Below are positions 28,797-38,280 of a stretch of 64,000 nt of DNA, piece after piece. Source of the stretch: Alphaproteobacteria bacterium (GTDB taxonomy: Bacteria > Pseudomonadota > Alphaproteobacteria > UBA828); NCBI GenBank assembly GCA_965220745.1, contig CBDCQT010000007.1, forward strand, positions 160,001 through 224,000, written 5' to 3'. Numbering within the stretch: the stretch's first letter is position 1; each line of letters begins with the position of its first letter. Below the pieces are notes generated by a model. The model saw nothing but the letters and a program-made list of their open reading frames with translations. It made no database searches and was not told where the DNA came from. A program made the translations under genes and the position numbers.

Positions 28797-30784
28797 TTCC
28801 AGAGATCGGCCACTACGCCCTGATCCTCGCGCTTGCGATGGCGCTGGTGCAGGCGGCCGCCGCGCCGCTCGGCGCAAGGCTCCGCGATGGTGGCCTGATG
28901 GCGCTGGCGCGGCCGGCAGCACTGGCCCAGTTCGTCTTCATCTCGGCCGCGCTTGCCTGCCTGATGCAGGCCTTCGTCGTCTCAGACTTCTCGGTGGTGA
29001 CGGTCGCCGACAATTCCCATTCAGCCAAGCCGTTGCTCTACAAGTTCACCGGGACCTGGGGCAATCACGAAGGCTCCATGCTGCTCTGGGTGTGGATTCT
29101 CGCGGTCCACGGCGCCGCCGTGGCGGTCTTCGGGCGCAACCTGCCGCCGGCGTTCCGGGCCTGGGTGCTGGCCGTGCAGGCGCTGATCGGGCTCGGCTTC
29201 CTGGTCTTCGTGCTCGCCACCTCCAACCCCTTCCTGCGGCTCGATCCCGCACCGTTCGACGGGCGCGACCTCAACCCGCTGCTGCAGGACCCCGGCCTCG
29301 CCTTCCACCCGCCGCTGCTCTACCTCGGCTACGTCGGGCTCTCGACCGCCTTCTCCTTCGCTGTGGCCGCGCTGATTGAGGGGCGTGTGAACGCGGCCTG
29401 GGCGCGCTGGGTGCGGCCGTGGACGCTGCTCTCCTGGTGCGCGCTAACGGCCGGCATCGCCTTGGGTTCCTGGTGGGCCTACTACGAGCTTGGCTGGGGC
29501 GGATACTGGTTCTGGGACCCGGTGGAGAACGCCTCCTTCATGCCCTGGCTGATGGCGACCGCGCTGCTGCACTCCTCGATCGTGGCGGAGAAGCGGGACT
29601 CGCTCAAAAGCTGGACCGTGCTGCTCGCCATTCTCGGCTTTTCATTGAGCCTGCTCGGCACCTTCCTGGTGCGCTCCGGCGTACTGACCTCGGTGCACAG
29701 CTTCGCCTCCGACCCCGCGAGGGGAGTCTACATCCTGGTGTTCCTGGTGATCGTCGTCGGCGGCTCGCTCACGCTCTATGCCTGGCGGGCGCCGGGGATG
29801 CGGGCCGGCGGCTCGTTCCGCCCGCTCTCGCGCGAAAGTTCACTCTTGGCAAACAATCTGCTGCTGGCGGTCGGCTGTGCCACGGTCTTCATCGGCACGC
29901 TTTATCCGCTAATTCTCGACGCGATCGCGGACCAGAAGGTCTCGGTCGGCCCGCCTTTCTTCGAATCCACCTTCGTGCTCCTGATGATCCCCCTCCTCCT
30001 GATGATGGCGGTGGGGCCGCTCATGGCCTGGAAGCGCGCTGGTGCCAGCGCGGTGCTGCCACGTCTCGCAGTCTCGCTCCTCGCCGCCATCGCAGTGGCC
30101 GCGGCGGTCGGGGCGAGCGGCGGCGGACCCTGGGGTGCGGTGCTCGGCATGGCGCTCGCCGGTTGGGTGGCGGCGGGCGTGCTCACGGAATTCGCGGAGC
30201 GCGTGCGGCTCTTCCGCGTGCCGCCTGCCGAGAGCGCGCGCCGCGCCGTCGGCCTGCCGCGTGCGGCCTGGGCGATGAGCATCGCCCATCTGGGCGTGGC
30301 GGTGCTGGTGGTGGGCACGGTCGGCGCCGGCAATTGGCAGACCGAGCGGGAGCAGTCGATGCAACCCGGCGATACGGTCACCCTTGCCGGCTACGACTTC
30401 GAGCTGCAAAGCATCGGTGACGTGCCCGGTCCCAACTACATCGCGCGGCGCGGTGAGGTCCGGGTCTTGCGGGACGGCGAGAACGTCGCTCTCCTGCTGC
30501 CCGAACGCCGCCACTATCCGGTGCAGGACACCTGGACCACCGAGGCCGCGATCCACATGACTTGGATTTCCGATCTCTATGTCGTGGTCGGCGAGGATGC
30601 GCCGGGCGGCGGCACGGCGATCCGCGTCCATCACAATCCACTCGTGCCCTGGATTTGGATCGGTGCACTGGCCATGGTGGCCGGCGGAGTGGTCTCACTG
30701 ACCGACCGGCGCCACCGCGTGGGCGCGCCCACCCGCCGCCGGCATTCGGCGCCCGCTGTTGCCGCTGCCGGCACGGGCGAGTGA
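28793..30784 (+). CDS. ccmF: Heme lyase CcmF
   Basis: [35 protein letters not shown] and SVHSF. Confidence 0.97.
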   Translation: MIPEIGHYALILALAMALVQAAAAPLGARLRDGGLMALARPAALAQFVFISAALACLMQAFVVSDFSVVTVADNSHSAKPLLYKFTGTWGNHEGSMLLWVWILAVHGAAVAVFGRNLPPAFRAWVLAVQALIGLGFLVFVLATSNPFLRLDPAPFDGRDLNPLLQDPGLAFHPPLLYLGYVGLSTAFSFAVAALIEGRVNAAWARWVRPWTLLSWCALTAGIALGSWWAYYELGWGGYWFWDPVENASFMPWLMATALLHSSIVAEKRDSLKSWTVLLAILGFSLSLLGTFLVRSGVLTSVHSFASDPARGVYILVFLVIVVGGSLTLYAWRAPGMRAGGSFRPLSRESSLLANNLLLAVGCATVFIGTLYPLILDAIADQKVSVGPPFFESTFVLLMIPLLLMMAVGPLMAWKRAGASAVLPRLAVSLLAAIAVAAAVGASGGGPWGAVLGMALAGWVAAGVLTEFAERVRLFRVPPAESARRAVGLPRAAWAMSIAHLGVAVLVVGTVGAGNWQTEREQSMQPGDTVTLAGYDFELQSIGDVPGPNYIARRGEVRVLRDGENVALLLPERRHYPVQDTWTTEAAIHMTWISDLYVVVGEDAPGGGTAIRVHHNPLVPWIWIGALAMVAGGVVSLTDRRHRVGAPTRRRHSAPAVAAAGTGE

Positions 30785-31404
30785 GAGGCCGCGAAGCCGT
30801 GGCGGAGAAGGGAACGGACGCCCCGGCAGAGGAGGCGCCTGCCCGCGCGCCGGTCTCCGCCGCCCGCAGGCTGCGCTATCTCGTGCCGATGTTCCTGTTC
30901 GTGGCGCTCGCCGCTGCGCTCGGCGTCCAATTGCTCACCGGCGATCCAGGCAAGGTTCCGTCGGCGCTGATCGACAAGCCGGTGCCGGAATTCTCGCTCC
31001 CGCCGGTCCAGGGGTTCGAGAACGCGGGCGGATTCGCGACCGCCGATCTCGGTAAGGGAGAGATTACGCTCGTCAACATCTTCGCTTCGTGGTGCGGTCC
31101 CTGCCGGGTCGAGCACCCGCTGCTCATGGCGCTCGCCGACGCCGGTACGATCCCGCTCTACGGCATTAACTATAAGGACACGCCGGACGACGCCGAGCGC
31201 TGGCTCGGCCGCCTCGGCAATCCCTACACGCTGATGGGGGCTGATCTCGATGGCCGGACCGGGATCGACTGGGGGGTCTATGGCATACCCGAGACCTTCG
31301 TGGTGGACGGTGCAGGCCGCATCCGCCACCGCCACGTGGGCGTGCTCTCGCAGCACGACCTCGACGAGACCATCCTGCCGCTGATCGAGGACCTGCGCGG
31401 ATGA
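30781..31404 (+). CDS. ccmG: Thiol:disulfide interchange protein CcmG/DsbE
   Basis: FASWCGPCRVEHP, GINYKD and GVYGIPETF. Start is either the GTG overlapping the ccmF stop or 30799. Confidence 0.93.
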   Translation: MRGREAVAEKGTDAPAEEAPARAPVSAARRLRYLVPMFLFVALAAALGVQLLTGDPGKVPSALIDKPVPEFSLPPVQGFENAGGFATADLGKGEITLVNIFASWCGPCRVEHPLLMALADAGTIPLYGINYKDTPDDAERWLGRLGNPYTLMGADLDGRTGIDWGVYGIPETFVVDGAGRIRHRHVGVLSQHDLDETILPLIEDLRG

Positions 31405-31889
31405 GGGCCATGCGGCGGGCGCTGCTTGGCGCAACGTGCGCGCTCTGGCTTGGACTCGCGGCGGGCCCCGGCCTGGCTTTCACGCCCGACGAGCCGCTCG
31501 CTGACTCCGCGCTCGAAGCACGCGCCCGGGCACTCCATGCGGAGCTTCGCTGCATGGTGTGCCAGGGCCAGTCGATCGCCGATTCCAACGCGCCGCTGGC
31601 GCAGGACATGCGCGCCATCGTCCGGGAGCGCATCGTGGCCGGCGCGAGCGACGATGACGTGAGGGGCTTCCTGACCGACCGCTACGGCGATTACGTTCTG
31701 CTTGACCCACCGGTGAAGCCCGAGACCTACGCGCTCTGGTTTGGGCCGGCTGCCGTTTTCGTTGCCGGCGCCGCCATTGCCTTCGCGCTCGTGCGCCGGA
31801 CGAGGGCCGGCGCGCGGGATGCGGGGGCGGCACCCCTTTCCGCCGAGGAGCGCCGGCGGCTCGACGCGCTTCTCGACGACGACGCCTAG
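31401..31889 (+). CDS. ccmH: Cytochrome c biogenesis protein CcmH
   Basis: LRCMVCQGQSIADSNA and RYGDYVLLDPP. Confidence 0.95.
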   Translation: MRAMRRALLGATCALWLGLAAGPGLAFTPDEPLADSALEARARALHAELRCMVCQGQSIADSNAPLAQDMRAIVRERIVAGASDDDVRGFLTDRYGDYVLLDPPVKPETYALWFGPAAVFVAGAAIAFALVRRTRAGARDAGAAPLSAEERRRLDALLDDDA

Positions 31890-31900
31890 CCCGGCGACCG

Positions 31901-33310
31901 ATGATCTTCGCGCTCGTCGCCGCATTGCTGACGGCGCTCGCCGTCGCGGCGGTGCTGATCCCCGTATTGCGCCGGCACCGGCGGAACCCGTCGCGGGCGG
32001 ACTACGACCTCACCGTCTATCGCGATCAGCTGCGTGAGCTGGAGAGCGACCGCGCCCGCGGCCTGGTCAGCGAGGAGCAGGTGGAGGCGGCCCGAACCGA
32101 GATCGAGCGGCGCATGCTGCGCGCGGCACGGACGCGGGGCGTGGCACCGGCGGCGGAGGAAGAGAAGACACCTGGGCCAGCGGGTGCGAAATCGCGCGCG
32201 AGCTGGCGACGGCGGGCTACGGCCATCGGCCTCGGGCTCTGCATCCCGGCGCTTGCTGCCGGTATCTACGCGAACCTCGGCACCCCCGGCTTGCCCGGCC
32301 GGCCCTTCGCGGAGATCGAGCGGCCGGCCGCTCAAACGGAGGCCCTCGCGGCCTTGAGCGGGCCTGTCGAGCAACTTGCGGCGCGGCTTGAGGGCGAACC
32401 CGACAATCTCGAAGGCTGGCTCCTGCTCGGCCGCTCTTACGTGGTGCTGCAGCGCTACCCCGAGGCGGCCGATGCGCTCAGGCGGGCGGCAACGCTTTCC
32501 GGCGACGATCCCGAGGTGCTGGCGATGCTGGGCGAAGCGATCGTCTGGGCCAACGACGGGATGGTGGTGCCGGAGGCGGTCGGGGCCTTCCGTCAGGTCC
32601 TCGACGCGCGGCCAACCCACCCGGCGGCGCGCTTCCACCTTGCGCTCGCCCGCGCCCAGGCCGGCGCGGTGCGGGAGGCCTACGATATGTGGCTTGCGTT
32701 GGCTGCCGACACGCCCGCTGACGCCACCTGGCGCGGGGACCTGGAGCAACTGATCGTCCAGGCTGCCGAGGTTCTCGGTGTCGAGCCGGGGACGGTTCCG
32801 AGCGGGCCGACGGTGGCCGACGCGCCTTCCGGCCCCACCGCGGAGGACATGGCGGCAGCAGCCGAGATGTCGCCCGAAGAGCGCATGGCCATGATCCGCG
32901 GCATGGTGGAAAGCCTCGCCGCGCGGCTTGAGGAGAAGCCCGACGACCCCGAGGGCTGGCGCCGTCTCGCCCAATCCTACGCCGTGCTCGGCGAGCCCGA
33001 GAAGGCGATGGAAACGCTGCGCCGGGCCGTGGAGCTGGTCCCGAACGACCTCGCGACTCTCCACGCCTACGCCCGCGCCCTCACCGGCGAGGTTGGAGCG
33101 GCGCCTCCTCCGCCGGAGGCTGTGGCGGTCTACGAGCGCATCCTGGCGCTCACCCCGGACGATGGGGCGGCGCTCTGGTTCGTCGGGCGCGCTGCGGCGG
33201 AGCGGGGCGACAGCGCCACCGCGCGTGCGCATTGGGAGCGCCTCCTCACCCTGCTCCCGCCGGGCTCGGACGAGCGCGAGGCGGTCCAAGCGGCACTGAA
33301 CTCGCTCTAG
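31901..33310 (+). CDS. ccmI: Cytochrome c biogenesis protein CcmI (CycH), TPR-containing
   Basis: VYRDQLRELESD...EIERRML, a second TM helix, TPR-like helices and MIRGMVESLAARL. Confidence 0.92.
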   Translation: MIFALVAALLTALAVAAVLIPVLRRHRRNPSRADYDLTVYRDQLRELESDRARGLVSEEQVEAARTEIERRMLRAARTRGVAPAAEEEKTPGPAGAKSRASWRRRATAIGLGLCIPALAAGIYANLGTPGLPGRPFAEIERPAAQTEALAALSGPVEQLAARLEGEPDNLEGWLLLGRSYVVLQRYPEAADALRRAATLSGDDPEVLAMLGEAIVWANDGMVVPEAVGAFRQVLDARPTHPAARFHLALARAQAGAVREAYDMWLALAADTPADATWRGDLEQLIVQAAEVLGVEPGTVPSGPTVADAPSGPTAEDMAAAAEMSPEERMAMIRGMVESLAARLEEKPDDPEGWRRLAQSYAVLGEPEKAMETLRRAVELVPNDLATLHAYARALTGEVGAAPPPPEAVAVYERILALTPDDGAALWFVGRAAAERGDSATARAHWERLLTLLPPGSDEREAVQAALNSL

Positions 33311-33370
33311 GAACTCTCCCCGCGTCCGTTACTCCATCGGTCGGACCGTGCGGGCGCGGGCCATCGTCCG

Positions 33371-33426
33371 ATGACACTCAGCCTTCACACGAGCGTAACC
33401 AACACGTCATACCGACCGCCTAATTT
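33371..33426 (+). promoter_or_regulatory. Tandem Pho-box-like (OmpR/PhoB family) direct repeats plus -10 element
   Basis: Four heptamers at an exact 11-bp period: ATGACAC (33371), CCTTCAC (33382), GCGTAAC (33393), ACGTCAT (33404). TAATTT follows 10 nt after the last one. Confidence 0.6.
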
Positions 33427-33488
33427 CCCGCGCAGAGAGCCGCTCGAACCGGCTCAACGCGTGTGATCTTCAGGGGGAGGAGAGTGTG

Positions 33489-34751
33489 ATGGGTTTCGTG
33501 CGCAATCGGTGTCGCTTCGGGGGCAAATCTCTGGCCGCGGCGCTTCTCGGGACGACGTTCCTGGTCGGCCTCGCGGGCCCTGCGCTCGCCGACAGCCATC
33601 TCGAGTCGGAGAATGCCGAGCTCCGCTCCAAGGTCGAGGATCTGATGCAGGAAGTGCAGATCCTCAAGAACATGGTGGTGGAGCAAGGCAACAAGATGGC
33701 GGATATGGCGGAGCCCGCAGCGCCGGCCAAGATGGTGAAGTCCGGCAAGGATCGGGTGAGCCTGAAGGTCTACGGCCAGGTAAACCGGATGCTGCTTCTT
33801 GCCAGCGACGGCAACGACAGCCGGCTCTTCAACGCGGACAACGACATGTCGTCCACCCGCGTGGGCTTCAAGGGCAAGGCCAAGATGGACGGCGGGTGGT
33901 CCGCCGGCACCACCGTCGAAGTGCAGATGGAGTCGAACTCGTCGTCCAAGGTCAATCTGCAGGGCGACGTGAACAGCGGTAAGGAGACCTTCACCGAGCG
34001 CAAGCTGGAGCTGTGGGTCAAGAGTAAGGCGGCCGGCAAGTTTTCGATCGGCCAGGGCAGCACGGCGTCCGACGGCGTGGCCGAGGCGGACCTCTCGGGC
34101 ACCGGCGTGATCAGCGGATCAGGCTCCGGCGGCGCGCTCGGCGCCGATGTCAGGTTCGTCGACTCAGATGGCAATACCCTCTCCAAGGTCGATGGCATCT
34201 TCGACAATCTCGACGGACACAGCCGGAAGGACAGGCTGCGCTACGATTCGCCGAGTATCGGAGGCTTCCAGCTCTCCACCTCCCTCCAGAGCGACAAGGA
34301 CGACGGCGATTCCGGTCCTTGGGACATGGCAGTCCGCTACGGGCGTGACCTGGGCGGTTTCGAGGTCGAAGCCATCGCCGCCCAGTGGACGAGTGGTGAC
34401 GACACCGGCATGGGTGGCTCGGCATCGGTCCTGGCGCCGTCCGGCACCAGCTTTACCGTCGCCTACACGACTGAGGAGGACGGTGACGACTCAGCGAGGA
34501 TGACCTACGCGAAGCTTGGTCAGAAGCTCGACATCAATCCTGCAGGGAGCACGGCACTTTCGATCGGCTTCATGGACGCCGAGAACGCGGCCGGCGACAG
34601 CGGCAGCGCCATCGACGTCGCCGTCGTGCAGAAGGTCAGGAGCCTCGGCGCAGAATTCTACGGCGTCTACGGCATGTACGAGGCCGATATCGCGGGCGCT
34701 GCGACCAAGGACGTCACCGTCGCGGGCGTCGGTGCGCGCATCAAGTTCTAA
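33489..34751 (+). CDS. Outer membrane porin with N-terminal coiled coil
   Basis: Signal peptide; SLKVYGQVNR, STRVGFKG, GKFSIGQGSTASD and LRYDSPSIGGF; amphipathic strands; C-terminal Phe (RIKF). Confidence 0.9.
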   Translation: MGFVRNRCRFGGKSLAAALLGTTFLVGLAGPALADSHLESENAELRSKVEDLMQEVQILKNMVVEQGNKMADMAEPAAPAKMVKSGKDRVSLKVYGQVNRMLLLASDGNDSRLFNADNDMSSTRVGFKGKAKMDGGWSAGTTVEVQMESNSSSKVNLQGDVNSGKETFTERKLELWVKSKAAGKFSIGQGSTASDGVAEADLSGTGVISGSGSGGALGADVRFVDSDGNTLSKVDGIFDNLDGHSRKDRLRYDSPSIGGFQLSTSLQSDKDDGDSGPWDMAVRYGRDLGGFEVEAIAAQWTSGDDTGMGGSASVLAPSGTSFTVAYTTEEDGDDSARMTYAKLGQKLDINPAGSTALSIGFMDAENAAGDSGSAIDVAVVQKVRSLGAEFYGVYGMYEADIAGAATKDVTVAGVGARIKF

Positions 34752-34799
34752 GATCACGAACGATCCAAGCCGCTCCAAGAGGGGTGGCACGGAGGGATA

Positions 34800-34828
34800 G
34801 GGGGCGGCCGTGCCACGCGGCCGCCCCC
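34800..34828. terminator. Strong GC hairpin between the convergent porin and oxygenase genes
   Basis: GGGGGCGGCCGTG-CCA-CGCGGCCGCCCCC. No U-tract, so a terminator role is uncertain. Confidence 0.5.
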
Positions 34829-34849
34829 GACACGTAGGGGAAGGCGTGT

Positions 34850-35473
34850 CTAAACGCCCATGAAGCTGATCCACCCGGTGATGATGTATTTCTCCTCCCG
34901 CGGCGCGACCTCGCCGTTGTGCGTGTGGGTGAAGCCTGCCGGCCAGATCAGGGTCTTGCCCTTGGCCGGCCGGACCAGATGGTCCTGATAGGTGAAGTAG
35001 GTGCCGCCGCCCTCCTTGATGTCGTTCAGGAAGGTCTGGAAGGCGAGCACCCGGTGGCCGAGGTCGAGGCCGCTCGACTCGTAGTGGGCGCCGTGGAAGG
35101 CGCCGCCCGGCTGGTAGTATTGCATCTGCGGCGGCTCCAGGAAGCCCAGCTTGTCGGAAGCCTCGCCCAACACCGGGAACTCCCTCATGTAGTCACCGAG
35201 GCAGGCCATGACATGGCCGCGATAGGCGCGCACCGTCTTGGCGTAGACCTCGTAGGGGAAACAGGTAAGGCTCGCGTCCTCGGAATCTTTCCAGGCTTTG
35301 TCGACGCCCTTGGCGCTCGTCCCCTGCCTAGTGAGGCCGAGCCGGCGCGTCCGCTTGAAGCCCTTGATCAGCTCGTCGCAGATTGCGGGCTTCTCGATGG
35401 TGTATTCCTTGATCCAGCGCATCGCCGGGTGCTGCCTCCACACGTGATGTTGCGCCTGCACAGCAGCTGCCAT
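34850..35473 (-). CDS. 2OG-Fe(II) oxygenase, prolyl-4-hydroxylase-like (2OG-FeII_Oxy_3 type)
   Basis: MQYYQPGG..HYE...RVLAFQTFLND..EGGGTYF...P.KGKTLIWPAGFTHTHNG...KYIITGW: HxE...H metal triad plus distal Lys. Confidence 0.88.
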   Translation of the reverse strand: MAAAVQAQHHVWRQHPAMRWIKEYTIEKPAICDELIKGFKRTRRLGLTRQGTSAKGVDKAWKDSEDASLTCFPYEVYAKTVRAYRGHVMACLGDYMREFPVLGEASDKLGFLEPPQMQYYQPGGAFHGAHYESSGLDLGHRVLAFQTFLNDIKEGGGTYFTYQDHLVRPAKGKTLIWPAGFTHTHNGEVAPREEKYIITGWISFMGV

Positions 35474-35502
35474 GCACCCGCCGCGAGGCATTCTAATTCC
35501 AT

Positions 35503-35531
35503 TTGCATGGCGGGCACGCCATGGTTATTGT
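35503..35531 (+). promoter_or_regulatory. Putative sigma70 promoter of the ABC operon with a palindromic operator
   Basis: TTGCAT-N17-TATTGT; perfect inverted repeat CATGGCG-GGCA-CGCCATG at 35506-35523. Confidence 0.55.
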
Positions 35532-35644
35532 GCGCCGCGCAAAGGGAGTGTCGATACGCGCCGCGCCCGCGCGGTGCATCAACCTTGGACAAACGATGAG
35601 AACCGGGCCGGATGTCTCCCCCCGGTGCTGAAGGGAGGGTGCGC

Positions 35645-37258
35645 ATGTCGCATACCGACAAGAAAGAGCAGTTTACGAAGGAGCTGTATCGGCTCTGGTC
35701 GATGCACGCGGACCGGAAGAACTACAAGGTCTCGCGGCGCGATCTGATCAAGGGCATGGCTGGCCTCGGGCTCGGCGCGGGCGCGATCTCCATGCTCATG
35801 AAGCAGGCGCCCCTCAGCGTGAGGCAGGCCTGGGCGGCCGATGGTGCGACTCCCGAGGAGCGTGCCATCAACGGCGCGAAGGCGCTCTTCGACAGTGCCG
35901 AGAAGAAGACCATCAGCATCATGTATCCGTCGGGCTCCGGCGGTAACCTCTCGCCCTTCGTCGAGGAGTGGAAGGGACTCACCGGCTTCGATCTCGAGCT
36001 GATCGAGGTGCCGGTCACCGAGACCCACCAGAAGGCGATGCAGGAAGCGGTGGCCAAGACGGGCCGCTACGACATCATGATCCCGGCGCCGCTGAGCCTT
36101 GCAGACCTCGCCGAGTCCGGCGTGGCGCGTCCGCTCGACGACTACATGGACAAGTACGATCCCGAGGTCTACTCAGGGCCCAACCAGCTCCAGTTCCCCG
36201 TGTCCGACTTCGGGCAGAAGTACAAGGGCAAGACCTACGGCCTCTACTGTGACGGCGACTGGTGGCACCTCAGCTACCGCAAGGACAAGCTCGCCGAGAA
36301 GGGCCTGGCGCCGAAGTCGAAGCGCGAGATGGTTCATACCTGGGCCGAGTACGACGAGCTTTGCGCCACGATGCACGACCCGGACAACAACTTCTACGGG
36401 GCGCTCGAGTACCGCTCGCCGTTCTGGAACAAGTTCCACTGGATGACGCGGGTCCAGTCGAAGGGCCACTTCTACTTCGACGAGGACATGAACTCGCTGG
36501 CCGACACGCCGCAAGGCATCGAGACGGTCAAGGAGCTGATCGCGCTGCAGGACATCATGCCCGCCGAGCAGTTCACCTACGGCTTCACCGAGAACTACGC
36601 GCAGTACTACGCGCAGGGCCGCGGCTTCTGCGAGTTCGGCTGGCCGTCGCTCTGGCGCTACAGCAACGACGCGGCTGGCTCTCAGTCGATCATCGCTGCC
36701 AAGGGCGAGGACGGCGAGCCTTCGCAGACCGCCGTCTCGAAGGTGCCGGGCACCATGCACGGCGACGAGCTCATCCGCTCGTGCATCCATGCCTTCGCCT
36801 GGGACTTCGTGGTCAGCAACTACTCGCCGATCCAGGAAGCGGCCTACTGCTTCTCGCAGTGGATCACGGGGCCGACCATGTCGATGCGCTCGATCCCGAA
36901 CGAGGGCGGCTACTTCGACCCGTGGCGCGACAACCACTTCTTCGCTCCGTCGGCCGAGTTCTTCGCCGCCTATCCGGGCGATTTCCTGGCCACGCATGCC
37001 GAGGCGATCGTGGACGCGGTGCCGGAGATTCAGCTGCGCGGCGCGGCCGAGTACCTCAATGCGCTCGACGTCAATCTGACCGCGGCCTACAACGGCAACA
37101 AGTCGCCGGAAGAGGCCATGGAAGACACCGCCAAGGAGCAGAACCGCATCACGCGGCGTCTGGGCAAGGCGGAGCAGAAAGAGAGCTGGCACGGCCTGGC
37201 CAAGATGTATCCCGAGCCGCTGCAGAAGCTCGTCGGCGTCGACAAGTGGGTTCTGTAG
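35645..37258 (+). CDS. CUT1 (carbohydrate-type) ABC substrate-binding protein with Tat signal
   Basis: SRRDLIK twin-arginine motif and AWA cleavage site; TGRYDIM and YGLYCDGDWWHLSYRKD; precedes the permeases. Confidence 0.88.
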   Translation: MSHTDKKEQFTKELYRLWSMHADRKNYKVSRRDLIKGMAGLGLGAGAISMLMKQAPLSVRQAWAADGATPEERAINGAKALFDSAEKKTISIMYPSGSGGNLSPFVEEWKGLTGFDLELIEVPVTETHQKAMQEAVAKTGRYDIMIPAPLSLADLAESGVARPLDDYMDKYDPEVYSGPNQLQFPVSDFGQKYKGKTYGLYCDGDWWHLSYRKDKLAEKGLAPKSKREMVHTWAEYDELCATMHDPDNNFYGALEYRSPFWNKFHWMTRVQSKGHFYFDEDMNSLADTPQGIETVKELIALQDIMPAEQFTYGFTENYAQYYAQGRGFCEFGWPSLWRYSNDAAGSQSIIAAKGEDGEPSQTAVSKVPGTMHGDELIRSCIHAFAWDFVVSNYSPIQEAAYCFSQWITGPTMSMRSIPNEGGYFDPWRDNHFFAPSAEFFAAYPGDFLATHAEAIVDAVPEIQLRGAAEYLNALDVNLTAAYNGNKSPEEAMEDTAKEQNRITRRLGKAEQKESWHGLAKMYPEPLQKLVGVDKWVL

Positions 37259-37293
37259 TCCAACGGTAACAGCACGGCCGGACTGCAGGTAAC

Positions 37294-38280
37294 GTGGTTA
37301 CGAAGACTGCGAACGGCGGCGTGCCCGTGCGTGCATTGCAGGCGCGGGCACGCCTGTTCGACCCCAATGACAAGCGCTACATCGGCGTGCTCTTCATCAC
37401 GCCGGTGCAGCTCTTGTTGATCACGATGTTGATTTTCCCCTTCGGCCTGGAGTTCTTCGTCGCGCTGACCGAATGGCAGCCGACCTACGGAACCTCCATC
37501 TGGCACGCCGTGGGGACGGTGTTCTCCGGCGATACCGAGCTCGGCCTCAACTACTACTATCTAGTGACGGACGAGCCGCGCTTCCTCGAGGCGCTGGGCC
37601 GGACGCTCGCCATATCGGTGCTCAGCCTGTGCCTCGAGTTCGTCATCGGGCTCGGGCTGGCCACGATTTTCCTCAAGACGTTCTGGGGCAAGCGCATCTG
37701 GTTCACCGCGCTGCTGACCCCGATGATGATCATGCCGGTCGTCGTGGGCTACACCTGGTTCATGCTGTTCCAGTACAGTGGTCCGGTCAATCAGGTGCTC
37801 GGCTGGATCGGCGGCACATCCGCAGGCGCCGACCTGCAGTGGCTTAACAACGGCGTGCTGGCCTTCTTCGCCGTGGTCATCACGGAGGTCTGGCACTGGA
37901 CGCCGCTGTTCTTCCTGATCCTGCTCTCGGGCCTCAACGCGGTGCCGGAGAACCCGGTGCGGGCGGCGACCGTGCTCGGCGCCAGCAACTGGCGGATCTT
38001 CTGGACCGTCATCATGCCCAACATGCGGGGCGTCATCATCATCGCCTTCGTGATCCGCGGCATGGAGGTCATCAAGCTCTTCGACGAGATTTACATCCTG
38101 ACTCGCGGCGGCCCCGGCACGGCGACTGAGACCATGAGTCTCTATCTCTACAAGCTGGGCTTCCAGGACTTCCGCCTCGCCTATGCGGGCTCGGCAGGCT
38201 TCATCGTGCTGGTGATCACGGTGGTGATGATCAACATGATGCTGAAGCCAATCCGTTACGAGCTGCTGGAGAAGCGTTAG
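37294..38280 (+). CDS. CUT1 ABC permease (MalF-like)
   Basis: EVWHWTPLFFLILLSGL, RAATVLGAS and LTRGGPGTATET. Confidence 0.93.
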   Translation: MVTKTANGGVPVRALQARARLFDPNDKRYIGVLFITPVQLLLITMLIFPFGLEFFVALTEWQPTYGTSIWHAVGTVFSGDTELGLNYYYLVTDEPRFLEALGRTLAISVLSLCLEFVIGLGLATIFLKTFWGKRIWFTALLTPMMIMPVVVGYTWFMLFQYSGPVNQVLGWIGGTSAGADLQWLNNGVLAFFAVVITEVWHWTPLFFLILLSGLNAVPENPVRAATVLGASNWRIFWTVIMPNMRGVIIIAFVIRGMEVIKLFDEIYILTRGGPGTATETMSLYLYKLGFQDFRLAYAGSAGFIVLVITVVMINMMLKPIRYELLEKR

